From an uncultured virus (IMG/VR IMGVR_UViG_3300035682_000007) (taxonomy: Duplodnaviria > Heunggongvirae > Uroviricota > Caudoviricetes): a stretch of DNA of 64,000 bases. The notes below the pieces were generated by a model. The model was given only the letters and a program-made list of their open reading frames with translations. It searched no databases and was not told the DNA's origin. The stretch is taken from IMG/VR virus record IMGVR_UViG_3300035682_000007; one strand, 5' to 3'. The position numbers were made by a program, and so were the translations under genes. How positions within the stretch are numbered: the stretch's first letter is position 1; the number at the start of each line of letters is the position of its first letter. This document shows, piece by piece, positions 39,375-49,422 of this stretch.

Positions 39375-40997
39375 ATGAAAAAGAAAACAACACAAGAATT
39401 TATTAAAGAAGCAAATATCATACATAATAATAAATATGATTATTCATTATCAACATATAAAACAAATAACACTAAAGTTAAAATAATATGTCCTATACAT
39501 GGTGTTTTTGAACAAACACCCGTAAAACATATATTAGCAAAACATTGTTGCCCTAAATGTTCTAATATAAAATTACATAATATTCAAAGAAAGGATAAAA
39601 ATACATTTATTTTGGAATCAAAAAATATACATAAAGATAAATATGATTATTCATTGGTTGAATATATTAATAATAGGACAAAAATAAAAATAATTTGTCC
39701 TATTCATGGTGTTTTTGAGCAAACACCAATTAATCATTTAAAAGGTAAAGGTTGTAAATATTGTGGTGGTACATCTAAATTAGACACTAATTTTTTTATT
39801 TATAATGCTAATAAAATACATAATAATTTTTACGATTATTCATTAGTTGATTATTTAGATTCTAGAACTAAAATAAAAATAATTTGTCCTATTCATGGTG
39901 TTTTTGAGCAAACACCTAATAATCATTTATCAAAAGAACAAGGTTGTTTCAATTGTTTAAATAAAATACATGATAATATTACTTTTTCAAATTATTGTTC
40001 ATTATTACATAACAATAAATATGATTATTCATTAGTTAATTACACATTAATCACTAATAAAGTTAAAATTATTTGTCCAATTCATGGAGCATATGAACAA
40101 AGAGCCGATTCACATAAAAATGGTAATGGTTGTAATAAATGTTCTAATAATGGTGTTTCTAAAGAAGAAAAAGAATTAAATAATTGGTTGAATAGTTTAG
40201 GTATTATAACTGAAACTAATGATAAAAATACATTAAATGGTTTAGAATTAGATATTTATATTCCATCACATAATTTAGCTATTGAATACAATGGTTTATA
40301 TTGGCATTCTGAAGAATTTATAGATAAAAATTATCATATTAATAAAACTGAATTATGTGAAAAACAAAATATTCAACTTATTCATATATTTGAAGATGAA
40401 TGGTTATTTAAAAAAGATATTGTTAAATCAAGATTAATGAATATACTTGGATTAACAACGAATAAAATATATGGAAGAAAAACTGAAATACGAGAAGTAA
40501 GTTCTAAAAAATCAAAAGAATTTTTAGATGCTAACCATATTCAAGGTAATGTTAACTCTAAAATAAAATTAGGTTTATACTATAAAGATGAATTAGTTAG
40601 TATTATGACTATAGGTAAAAGACCTATGATAAATAATTATGAATATGAACTTCTTAGGTTTTGTAATAAACTAAATACTAATGTAATTGGTGGGGCTGAT
40701 AAATTACTTAAAAATTTTATTAAAACATATGAACCAAAACAAATCATAAGCTATGCCGATAGAAGATGGTCACAGGGTAATTTATATGAAAAATTAGGTT
40801 TTAATTTTAAAAATAATTCTATAATTTCTTTTTCATATATTATTAATAAAAAAAGAGTAAATAGATTGAATTTACAAAAACATATATTAGTTAAGCAAGG
40901 TTTTGATTCTAATAAAACTGCTAAACAAATAATGTTGGATAGGAAAATATATAGAATATATGATTGCGGAAGTAAAAGCTATGAACTAATTTTTTAA
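39375..40997 (+). CDS. Hef-like putative homing endonuclease (four Zn-ribbon repeats, Vsr-like core, C-terminal extension)
   Basis: YDYS...IICPIHG.(F/Y)EQ four times; ELDIYIP...IEYNGLYWHS; NHIQG...ISYADRRWS.G.LY..LGF. Confidence 0.88.
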   Translation: MKKKTTQEFIKEANIIHNNKYDYSLSTYKTNNTKVKIICPIHGVFEQTPVKHILAKHCCPKCSNIKLHNIQRKDKNTFILESKNIHKDKYDYSLVEYINNRTKIKIICPIHGVFEQTPINHLKGKGCKYCGGTSKLDTNFFIYNANKIHNNFYDYSLVDYLDSRTKIKIICPIHGVFEQTPNNHLSKEQGCFNCLNKIHDNITFSNYCSLLHNNKYDYSLVNYTLITNKVKIICPIHGAYEQRADSHKNGNGCNKCSNNGVSKEEKELNNWLNSLGIITETNDKNTLNGLELDIYIPSHNLAIEYNGLYWHSEEFIDKNYHINKTELCEKQNIQLIHIFEDEWLFKKDIVKSRLMNILGLTTNKIYGRKTEIREVSSKKSKEFLDANHIQGNVNSKIKLGLYYKDELVSIMTIGKRPMINNYEYELLRFCNKLNTNVIGGADKLLKNFIKTYEPKQIISYADRRWSQGNLYEKLGFNFKNNSIISFSYIINKKRVNRLNLQKHILVKQGFDSNKTAKQIMLDRKIYRIYDCGSKSYELIF

Positions 40998-41371
40998 ATA
41001 TTTATTATTATAATATCTGATTGTGTAAAGACATCATCTGTTATTGTATATTTTATTGTAACTACTGCAGCATATTCACTTTCTTCAGATTCAACTACTG
41101 ATATTTCATTAATATCTAATTTAGGTAAATATCTTTTTACTACTGTGGTTATTTCTGATTTAATACCTGCAAGAGTTAAACTATCATTAGGTTCAAAGAT
41201 AAATTTTAATAAATCAGTACCAAAATCTGGATTATAAAGTCTTTGCCCTTTTCTAGTTAAAATAAGGTGCAGCAAATCACTTTTTATAGCTTTTTCATCA
41301 GTAGATGTTAAATCTAAGAAAAAACCTTTAGGACTATCTTTAAATGGGTAGTTTATGTTAATATATTTCAT
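40994..41371 (-). CDS. baseplate wedge gp25-like protein
   Basis: IKSDLLHLILTRKGQRLYNPDFGTDL..FIFEP. Confidence 0.92.
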   Translation of the reverse strand: MKYININYPFKDSPKGFFLDLTSTDEKAIKSDLLHLILTRKGQRLYNPDFGTDLLKFIFEPNDSLTLAGIKSEITTVVKRYLPKLDINEISVVESEESEYAAVVTIKYTITDDVFTQSDIIIINI

Positions 41372-41387
41372 ACTTATTCTTTTTTAG

Positions 41388-41395
41388 ATAAATAT
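41388..41395 (-). promoter_or_regulatory. putative late promoter ATATTTAT heading the baseplate operon
   Basis: 16 nt upstream of the ATG, just downstream of the nrdA terminator. Confidence 0.65.
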
Positions 41396-41430
41396 AATAA
41401 TAATTTATTTTTATAAGTAAATATGGAAAT

Positions 41431-41457
41431 AAAAAAAGGGGCCATTTAGGCCCCTTT
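41431..41457 (-). terminator. intrinsic terminator after nrdA
   Basis: AAAGGGGCC-5 nt loop-GGCCCCTTT followed by a T-run on the minus strand. Confidence 0.9.
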
Positions 41458-41465
41458 AATTTTTA

Positions 41466-42080
41466 TTATGATGAACACCCGAAGCATTCAAATTGACTGT
41501 CTTGCGGTTTTTCTGGTTTATTCTTATCCATATCAATCGCCAAGTGTTTAGCTTTATTATCTACAGACTCACTTCTTAGATAATATTGGCCTGTTTTAAG
41601 ACCTAATTTCCAAGATAAGGTATGTGAAGTTGTTAACTTACCAACTGTTGGTGTAGAGAAGAAAATATTAAGACTTTGTGATTGGTCAATAAATGGTCCT
41701 CTATCAGCAGACATTTCAATAAGGGCTTTTTGTGATATCTCCCAAACTGTTTTATATCTTTCTTTAATATCTTCACTTATTGTTGGGATATTTTGAACAC
41801 TACCATCATTCTTCATTAATTCTTGAAGTGTTTCTCTATTCCAAATACCAGCTTCTTCTAATTCTCTAACCAAGTGTTTATTTACCATTGCAAACTCACC
41901 ACCTGTTACTCTACGAACATATAAGTTGGATGTAAATGGTTCAAAAGCTTCGTTTGACCCAATTACACGAGCAGAATTATGACTAACACAACCATTTTCC
42001 ATTATATAATTATGAACATTTGGTACTTCAATATCCCAAGTTGGTTTGACACCATTTTTAGTTATACTTTTTATTTTCAT
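41466..42080 (-). CDS. nrdA: split-intein C fragment (35 aa) plus ribonucleotide reductase alpha C-terminal part
   Basis: MKIKSI...WDIEV..VHNY...VSHN|SARVIGSNEAFEP; IDQSQSLN, KTGQYYLR, C-terminal CFGCSS. Confidence 0.95.
   Translation of the reverse strand: MKIKSITKNGVKPTWDIEVPNVHNYIMENGCVSHNSARVIGSNEAFEPFTSNLYVRRVTGGEFAMVNKHLVRELEEAGIWNRETLQELMKNDGSVQNIPTISEDIKERYKTVWEISQKALIEMSADRGPFIDQSQSLNIFFSTPTVGKLTTSHTLSWKLGLKTGQYYLRSESVDNKAKHLAIDMDKNKPEKPQDSQFECFGCSS
41976..42080 (-). mobile_element. IntC of a naturally split intein
   Basis: Blocks F and G, terminal His-Asn, +1 Ser. Confidence 0.93.
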
Positions 42081-43137
42081 TTAATTTTTGTTTTATTATT
42101 TTATTTATTTTTTCTTTATTTATAACTTCACTATCTGAAGACCATAACTCTAAGTAATCAAAACCATTTTTTAATGCTAGTTGTTTTTTATTTTTATCTT
42201 TAGTGATTGATTCTTCTAAATTTAACCTAAAGTATTTTCCCCACGCATCTTCTTTTAATTTACTTACACCATATTTTTGGATATTTGGGTGGAATTTTTC
42301 ACCATGATATTCTATAATTATATTTAATGATAGAATAGTTAAATCATATGAAAAAGTTAAATTATTTTCTAAATCATGTAGTCTATATTCGTATGAGCCA
42401 CTTACACCTAAAAAAATATCATTTCGTTCAACACCGTTTTTACGTAAATGTTTATATAATGGAATAAAATATTTTAAAGATTCTTTAGATGCTGTAAAAA
42501 ATGAAACATCTCTTTTCTTGAGTTCTTCTATTTGCAATATTTTTGCTAATTTTAAATCACCATTAGTTTTCTTTAAAAAGAAATTAATACTCATACAATC
42601 TTTTTTTAAAGAAAACTTTTGATACAAGTCAATCGCTTTTTTTCTATCACCATTTGTTTTTTTTAAGAAATAATTCATTGACGAACCATCTTTATTTTTA
42701 TTTATTTCATTTAATTTAGTTTTAGCAATATTAATATCACCATATTTTTTAATTAATTTTTCTAAACTAACTACAACACTTTTTTTACGCTCAATCAACA
42801 TTTCATTAGCAATATTAATATCACCATTAGACTTTTTTAACGCCCAATCTTTACTGTTTGAATCTTTCGTTTTTAAATATTCAAACCATTTATTTGTACC
42901 ATCAACTTCACCATATTTAAAGACAAATGTTTCTAAAGTATGTTTACTTTTATCACAAAATTCTTTATATTTTATTAAACCATCAACTTCACCATGATTA
43001 AAAATAAAACTTTCTAAAGTTCTACCACATTTTAATTTGTGGATTTTTACTTTATCAATCGCTTCATTTTCAGAAAAACCTTTACCTAACCAATATTCAA
43101 TTTTAAAAGGTGTTGTTTTACTAGATATTTTTTCCAT
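42058..43137 (-). CDS. free-standing putative homing endonuclease (helical repeats plus Vsr-like domain) between the intein halves
   Basis: SKES...YDL...IIEYHGEKFH...D..K...A...GF..LELWSSD. Confidence 0.85.
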   Translation of the reverse strand: MEKISSKTTPFKIEYWLGKGFSENEAIDKVKIHKLKCGRTLESFIFNHGEVDGLIKYKEFCDKSKHTLETFVFKYGEVDGTNKWFEYLKTKDSNSKDWALKKSNGDINIANEMLIERKKSVVVSLEKLIKKYGDINIAKTKLNEINKNKDGSSMNYFLKKTNGDRKKAIDLYQKFSLKKDCMSINFFLKKTNGDLKLAKILQIEELKKRDVSFFTASKESLKYFIPLYKHLRKNGVERNDIFLGVSGSYEYRLHDLENNLTFSYDLTILSLNIIIEYHGEKFHPNIQKYGVSKLKEDAWGKYFRLNLEESITKDKNKKQLALKNGFDYLELWSSDSEVINKEKINKIIKQKLNENKKYN

Positions 43138-43168
43138 AATTTTCTTTATTATAAATATCTAGTAAAAC
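43115..43168 (-). promoter_or_regulatory. perfect 16-bp hairpin enclosing the endonuclease ATG, overlapping ATATTTAT
   Basis: GTTTTACTAGATATTT 43115-43130 / AAATATCTAGTAAAAC 43153-43168; motif at 43151-43158. Confidence 0.8.
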
Positions 43169-43181
43169 TTTAAACGACCAA

Positions 43182-45326
43182 CTAATCTTCAAAAATATTT
43201 AAAATATCGTCCGTGGTTAATAAATCTTCAACTTTAACCCAAATATTAAAATCATCACGTTTAACTTTAAATTTATGATTTCCTGTTGCTTCAAATATTG
43301 AACCATCTTCCATTTCTATTTTATACACTTCAGAGTGACCATTATACCTAATTTGCGTTACTGTTTCCCACCCTGTTTCTGTTTTAACATCAATGGGTTC
43401 TAATTCAATCCAACTAGGTATATTTGATTTTTCATACCATTCATAATCAACATTGTTATCAACTAAAATATTTTTAAACGATTTTATTCCATTATCTGTT
43501 ATAATATCAGTATTAATAACTTGGCAACTTGCTGTTGGTGGACATGTCGTTACCAAAGAATTTCTAACACCATATTTTTTAATATCTTCACGTAATTGTT
43601 TCCAATCATACATTCCAGATAAAATTTCTTCTTTAATATCCCACATTTCCCATTGAAAAATACCTTGTGATATAGGTGAACCTTCAAAACCACTATAGGT
43701 TAATCCACTTTCTTTAGCTAACCTACATGATTCAGTTAAAGCATTAAAATAAATCGTTTCAAATATATTTTTATTTATTTGTCTTGCTTCTGGTGATGTA
43801 AAAGGCAATTTAAGCAACGCAAATACATCAGCTAAACCTTGGATACCAATTCCTAAAGCTCTTTGTTCTAAACCACCTTTACGGCCTTCCTCAGTTGAAT
43901 ATTCATTAATTTCTAAAGCAATATTAAGTGATTTGGTAATTGAACGAGCAACACGACCTAATTCATTATAATTATAAACACCATCATTTACAAATTTTTG
44001 TACTGGAATACTAGTAAGAGTACAAATAGCTGTTGTATTAGCATTAGTTGTCTCCATAATCTCGCTGCACAAGTTACTAGAATGGATAACACCCATATTC
44101 TTTTGGTTAGATTTGATGTTTGCTGAATCTTTAAAACACATATAAGGCATTCCACTTTCAATTTGTGCTTCAAGTATCTTAAGCCATAAATCATGTGCTT
44201 TAATTTTGGTACCAATACCTAATTCTACAGCCTTATTATATTCTTCTTCATACTCAGCACCATAAATTTCATAAAATGGTTTTAAACCAGCCATTTTGAT
44301 ATCATGTGGACAAAATAAATACCAATCAGTGTTTCCTTCTACTGCTCTCATAAAATTATCTGGAATCCAAAGTGCAGAAAATAAATCTCTTGCTCTAAGT
44401 GTATCATCACCAGTTTTCTTTCTCATATCCAATACATCAAAGATATCTTTATGCCATGGTTCAATATAAATAGCACATGAACCAGGTCTTTTACCTCTTT
44501 GATTCCAAAATCTAAGAGCTTCATTTATTACTTTAAGGTATTTGAATATACCACCAGCTTTACCATCAGAATTACCAACGTTGGTTTCTCTAGAACGAAT
44601 ATTTGAAACAGCTAAACCAATACCTTCAGCTTTAGAAGATGAAATAGAAATTCTACCTAACATGTTTAATAACCCTTCAGTTGAATCATCTGGTACTATT
44701 GATAAATTACATGATGCAATTTGACCAATCTTGGTTCCAATATTTATTTTTATTGGTGTTGCTGGAGATTCTTTTTGGTTACTTAAATCATTATATTTCT
44801 CTCTGAAATCATCAGCATTGTTTGTTACCATAAGAGCAACTCTAATGTATAATTGTTGTGGTCTTTCAACCAACTGACCATCTTTAGTTTTTAAGAGATA
44901 AATATCTTTAAGTGAACACCAACCAAAATAATCAAAATGATAATCTCTTTTATAATCAATTACAGAATCAATAAGTTCAATATTTTCTTTTACTTTATTA
45001 TAATAGAAATCATTTAACAAACCTGCATTATATTGTTTTTTGGTTGCTTTCATGAAATTATCTTCAGTTTCTTTATGTAACTTACTAATAGAAATATTAG
45101 AAGCTAATATTGAATAATCTGGATGATTCATTGATAATGATTCAGCAACAATTGAAATTAAATCATCAACTTCATTTGTTGTCATGTTATCAGCAATTCC
45201 TTGTGTAACTTTTAAGAACAATTCATCAGGGTTAACTTTTAACCCATCTGATTGTTTTTTTATTCTTAATAAGATTTTATTTGGATTAAAATCTATTTTC
45301 TGTCCGTTTCTTTTTATTACTTGCAT
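43182..45326 (-). CDS. nrdA: class Ia ribonucleotide reductase alpha N-terminal part (600 aa) plus split-intein N fragment (114 aa)
   Basis: ATP cone VIKRNG, ASC, NQRGKRPG, SNLCSEI, PTAS|CQVINTDI...ATGNHKF. Confidence 0.95.
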   Translation of the reverse strand: MQVIKRNGQKIDFNPNKILLRIKKQSDGLKVNPDELFLKVTQGIADNMTTNEVDDLISIVAESLSMNHPDYSILASNISISKLHKETEDNFMKATKKQYNAGLLNDFYYNKVKENIELIDSVIDYKRDYHFDYFGWCSLKDIYLLKTKDGQLVERPQQLYIRVALMVTNNADDFREKYNDLSNQKESPATPIKINIGTKIGQIASCNLSIVPDDSTEGLLNMLGRISISSSKAEGIGLAVSNIRSRETNVGNSDGKAGGIFKYLKVINEALRFWNQRGKRPGSCAIYIEPWHKDIFDVLDMRKKTGDDTLRARDLFSALWIPDNFMRAVEGNTDWYLFCPHDIKMAGLKPFYEIYGAEYEEEYNKAVELGIGTKIKAHDLWLKILEAQIESGMPYMCFKDSANIKSNQKNMGVIHSSNLCSEIMETTNANTTAICTLTSIPVQKFVNDGVYNYNELGRVARSITKSLNIALEINEYSTEEGRKGGLEQRALGIGIQGLADVFALLKLPFTSPEARQINKNIFETIYFNALTESCRLAKESGLTYSGFEGSPISQGIFQWEMWDIKEEILSGMYDWKQLREDIKKYGVRNSLVTTCPPTASCQVINTDIITDNGIKSFKNILVDNNVDYEWYEKSNIPSWIELEPIDVKTETGWETVTQIRYNGHSEVYKIEMEDGSIFEATGNHKFKVKRDDFNIWVKVEDLLTTDDILNIFED
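43185..43526 (-). mobile_element. IntN of a naturally split intein
   Basis: Cys1, block B TGNH, acidic end WVKVEDLLTTDDIL. Confidence 0.93.
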
Positions 45327-45333
45327 AGTTTAT

Positions 45334-46287
45334 TTATATTTCTTCATCAAATGAAATAGCACCAGATAAATCAGCCGCTTTATACTCTGAGGACCTTCCT
45401 TCAAAGAAATTTTGTTTTGTTTTAAGTGTGATTTGATTCATAAACTCAAAAGGATTTTTTGAATTAAATTCTTTTTCACATCCTAATTGACCCAATAACC
45501 CATCAACAACAAATTCTAAATATTGTTTCATTAAATCAGCATTCATTCCAATCAAAGAAACTGGTAAAGACTCTGTAATGAATTCTTTTTCTATTTCTAA
45601 TGCCGATAATAAGATTTCTCTAATTCTATCTTTAGTTGGTTTATTTACAATATGATTATTCAATAAATGTATTGCAAAATCAGCATGTAATGCTTCATCT
45701 CTAGAAATAAATGTATTTGAATCACAAAGACCTGGCATAAGACCTCTAGATTTCAAATAGAAAATACTACAGAATGAACCTGAAAAGAAAATACCCTCTA
45801 CAGCTACAAACGCAATTAATCTTTCTACAAATGAGTCTGATTCAATCCATTTAAGTGCCCATTCAGCTTTTTTCTTAACTGGTGGCATATATTCGATAGC
45901 TTTGAAACATTCATTTCTTTCTTTAGTATCTTTGATGTAAGTATCAATAAGAAGTGAATACATATGACTATGAATATTTTCCATCATAATTTGAAATCCA
46001 TAAAAGAACTTTGCTTCTGGGTATTGTACTTCATTTAGAAAGTTTATTGCTAGGTTTTCATTTACGATACCATCTGATGCCGCAAAAAATGCTAATACAT
46101 TTTTAATAAAAAATCTTTCATTATCATTAAGTTTTTTATTCCAATGGTCTAAATCTTTGGATAAATCAACTTCTTTTACTGTCCACATTGCTTCTTGTTC
46201 TATTTCATAATAATCCCACAAATCTTGGTGTGTGATTGGGAAAATAACAAAACGCTCTGAATTTTCTTTTAATATTGGTTCTATCAT
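45334..46287 (-). CDS. nrdB: class Ia ribonucleotide reductase beta subunit
   Basis: [20 protein letters not shown] (radical Tyr), [21 protein letters not shown]. Confidence 0.97.
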   Translation of the reverse strand: MIEPILKENSERFVIFPITHQDLWDYYEIEQEAMWTVKEVDLSKDLDHWNKKLNDNERFFIKNVLAFFAASDGIVNENLAINFLNEVQYPEAKFFYGFQIMMENIHSHMYSLLIDTYIKDTKERNECFKAIEYMPPVKKKAEWALKWIESDSFVERLIAFVAVEGIFFSGSFCSIFYLKSRGLMPGLCDSNTFISRDEALHADFAIHLLNNHIVNKPTKDRIREILLSALEIEKEFITESLPVSLIGMNADLMKQYLEFVVDGLLGQLGCEKEFNSKNPFEFMNQITLKTKQNFFEGRSSEYKAADLSGAISFDEEI

Positions 46288-46304
46288 TATTTTTATTTTA
46301 ATTA

Positions 46305-48824
46305 TTAATTATTTGGTTTTTCAAATAGGTCACTATTTAATAGACTATTTTTAGTTTGTATAGCACCTATTACTGTATTTACTCTAGTTTGCTCTTTAAT
46401 CTCTACATTTTTTTTATATTCACTACGACTAGAACCATGTTTATTCTCACCCATTTCTATTTGAATTCTAGCGTTATCAAATATAATATCTTCAAATACC
46501 TTCCCAGATTGACCAAAACGAGATTTAAGAATAGCCATAGTTGCAGTACTTTTTTCTTTTTGGTCCAGTGTTTTAGCAATAGATACTACAAAGTGTCCAA
46601 TTTGTGCTTTTTTAATGGAACCACCCATTTGGTCAGCTTCAACTACATCAGCTTTAATAGAGCTTCTATTACCTTGAACAGCTGTCCAACCAGCAATATC
46701 TAATTCGGATAACATAGTTTCAAATTGTCTCATTACACTACCCTCACCAGCATTCACATCATCAAATCTTCTTGAAGGTTCAACACAATCAATATAATCT
46801 AATACTACTATATCAGGTCTGAAACCAGTAGCAATTAATTTTCTAATATATTGTCTAATTATTGGTATTGTTGTCCCATCACTAGAGAATTTTTTAAGTC
46901 TTAATTCCCCACCATTACTCTTTTCCATCATATTTTTAATCATCTCTTTTATCTCTTCTTTATGAATTGATAAACTATTAAGGTCATATTCTGACCAGCA
47001 TGATAAGTGTTTTCTTTGAATTACCTTAGGGTTATCCTCAAAAAATATTTGTAAAACTTTATTACCATCAGACATAGCAGTATTAGCTATTTTAGTCATC
47101 ATTGTTGTATTATGTGTAACAATAAAATCATCGGTAATAAATAAATGTTCATCATTATCAACCATTATACACGTAGCTTCTTCATCGTGTGAATATTCTA
47201 TTGATTTTATAAATTTATTGTTATCATATTTAACTCTATTAATTACTCTATCATTTTTTCTAGTTAATTTGAATGGTATTATATTATTTTTTTCTGGAAA
47301 AGATATAGTTAATTTATAAGCTTTTTTTCCAATTTTTTTAACACCTTTATAGGTATAGGTTGGTAATTTACTAGATAATTTACAAAACCCACCCAATGAT
47401 AAAACTAACCATCTAACATTTTCAATTAATTCTTTTGATGTACTGACATATTCAATCCCACCATTTTTTCTAACATTACCATCGGTATCTAATAACCCCC
47501 TAAGTAGTTCTACCCTATTTTCTATTGAATTGAATAAATAATCTCTAGGTATAAATTTAGTATCAGATTTTTTATCATATAAACCCAAAGATTTTAATTT
47601 ATCAGTAATCCCATAAATACAAACATCAAATAAACACTCTTGAACTAAAACATCACCTTTATCAATATCTCTACATCTTTCTTTAATTGAAACGTTTACT
47701 GAATTAGTTCTACTAACTTCATCAGCTATTTCAATATCTTTAGTTGTAAATCTAGATGATTTCATATAACCATCACCTAACATAACACCTAAAACATATG
47801 GATTTATTAGTAATTCTTTTTCATTAAATTCAACTGGTTCCACTATTGGTATCTTAAAATTTAACGATTTTTTGGTTCCAAAGGTTAGTTTATTAATTAA
47901 ATCTGATGTTTTAATTACTTTAAATGAATTATCTGGTTCTAATTTAATTCTTTTTCCATCTTTCCACGATGAACGATTTCGTTGGTTGATACTATTAACT
48001 GACCACAAATGTTCTTCATCACAAAAAGTAAAAGTATCATCATTAAAACTAATCTTAAATATTGGTCTATTACCTTGTGGGTAAACACCAATAACATTAG
48101 TTTCTTTACCGTTTCTACCAAATACTTTATCATTAACTTTTACATCACCCATTAGTTTGTAACCTTCAGGTGTGTAAATTTTATTTGAATTTGGTAACGC
48201 TTTACCTACTCCGAATGGTGCTAGAATTATTGCTAATTCAGTTTTTGATAAACCACCATCCATTATTTCATCTAATCCTTCGATACCTGTACGTATTGGT
48301 TTTCTAAAATCGTCAGCCAAAACTGAATCTATATCATTAAATACACTCATACCATCATCTTTACTATCACCGTGTTCCAGTGCTTTTCTTAATTTACTTT
48401 CACATTCTTCATAATTATCAATATCACCTTTGCTTATGATTTTATTAATTTCAGCAAGAGCTTTCATAAGCTCATGTTGTTTACAAAATTTCATTGCAGT
48501 TTCTTGTACCCAAAGAGTGTCGTTTAAATCAGCTTCTTTTATTTTTCTGATTTGTGTTAAAGCATAACGTCTTTGAGTGTCATCTTTAACTTCTTCGAGT
48601 AATCTAAATTCCAAACTATTAATATCTGGGATTATATCATCTTTTGCTTTAGCGTTTTTAATACCACCAACAACAATTCTTAAGTATTCATCTTCGAAAT
48701 AATTTGGATTAACAATATCTATTATAGCATTACCGAATTTTCTATCGGTAAGTATTTGTGCTATTAATCTAAGTTGATAATCCGCACCTAAATACCCTAA
48801 ATTACTTCTGTCTATTTTTGCCAT
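46305..48824 (-). CDS. dnaB: DnaB/gp41-like replicative helicase with intein
   Basis: APFGVGK|intein|[24 protein letters not shown]. Confidence 0.92.
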   Translation of the reverse strand: MAKIDRSNLGYLGADYQLRLIAQILTDRKFGNAIIDIVNPNYFEDEYLRIVVGGIKNAKAKDDIIPDINSLEFRLLEEVKDDTQRRYALTQIRKIKEADLNDTLWVQETAMKFCKQHELMKALAEINKIISKGDIDNYEECESKLRKALEHGDSKDDGMSVFNDIDSVLADDFRKPIRTGIEGLDEIMDGGLSKTELAIILAPFGVGKALPNSNKIYTPEGYKLMGDVKVNDKVFGRNGKETNVIGVYPQGNRPIFKISFNDDTFTFCDEEHLWSVNSINQRNRSSWKDGKRIKLEPDNSFKVIKTSDLINKLTFGTKKSLNFKIPIVEPVEFNEKELLINPYVLGVMLGDGYMKSSRFTTKDIEIADEVSRTNSVNVSIKERCRDIDKGDVLVQECLFDVCIYGITDKLKSLGLYDKKSDTKFIPRDYLFNSIENRVELLRGLLDTDGNVRKNGGIEYVSTSKELIENVRWLVLSLGGFCKLSSKLPTYTYKGVKKIGKKAYKLTISFPEKNNIIPFKLTRKNDRVINRVKYDNNKFIKSIEYSHDEEATCIMVDNDEHLFITDDFIVTHNTTMMTKIANTAMSDGNKVLQIFFEDNPKVIQRKHLSCWSEYDLNSLSIHKEEIKEMIKNMMEKSNGGELRLKKFSSDGTTIPIIRQYIRKLIATGFRPDIVVLDYIDCVEPSRRFDDVNAGEGSVMRQFETMLSELDIAGWTAVQGNRSSIKADVVEADQMGGSIKKAQIGHFVVSIAKTLDQKEKSTATMAILKSRFGQSGKVFEDIIFDNARIQIEMGENKHGSSRSEYKKNVEIKEQTRVNTVIGAIQTKNSLLNSDLFEKPNN
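47109..48200 (-). mobile_element. class 3 (Ala-start) intein with LAGLIDADG endonuclease, 364 aa
   Basis: ALPNS start, [23 protein letters not shown] and LRGLLDTDG. Confidence 0.92.
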
Positions 48825-48855
48825 ATATTTTCCTTTCTTTTAAAACTTTGTTATT

Positions 48856-48863
48856 ATAAATAT
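48856..48863 (-). promoter_or_regulatory. ATATTTAT motif upstream of the helicase
   Basis: Intergenic copy of the recurrent motif. Confidence 0.5.
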
Positions 48864-48877
48864 GCAAAAGTGTCGAA

Positions 48878-49405
48878 TTAGTTCGACACTTTTGCATTAT
48901 TTTTTACACTTAAATAATATCTTATTTCAGTGATAATTTCTTGGATAACTTCTCTAATATCAACATTGATTTTAGGGTTTAACGTAAAATATTCGTTAGG
49001 AAATTCAACTTTAAGGATTGATTGAGTATCAACTTTAACCTCAAATTGAAACAAATCACCTTTCTTTGGCGGTGTTTTATAAGAATCTTCATTTTGAGCA
49101 TAATATGGTTTATAATTATCCCATAAATAATCAATTGATTTTCTTTTTAAGAAATTTGGTATAATACCATAATCTACACTTGCAACTGAATCAGCTAATT
49201 CTTTTAAGGTAGCTATTTTATCTAATTCTCTATTGATATTAGATTTATAATTTCTTGCACCATATTCATCTAATGGTGCTAACTTTTCATCAAAATCTCT
49301 AATTTTGAAATATCTCTGACAAATAATATTATCATTTACGAAGAATGAAAATTCAAATCTTTCCACTTCTACTCTTTTTTGCGTATCTACTGTTGTTTGT
49401 GACAT
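48878..49405 (-). CDS. hypothetical protein (175 aa)
   Basis: ORF in the replication operon. Confidence 0.7.
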   Translation of the reverse strand: MSQTTVDTQKRVEVERFEFSFFVNDNIICQRYFKIRDFDEKLAPLDEYGARNYKSNINRELDKIATLKELADSVASVDYGIIPNFLKRKSIDYLWDNYKPYYAQNEDSYKTPPKKGDLFQFEVKVDTQSILKVEFPNEYFTLNPKINVDIREVIQEIITEIRYYLSVKNNAKVSN

Positions 49406-49422
49406 ATCTTTTTAATTTATTT

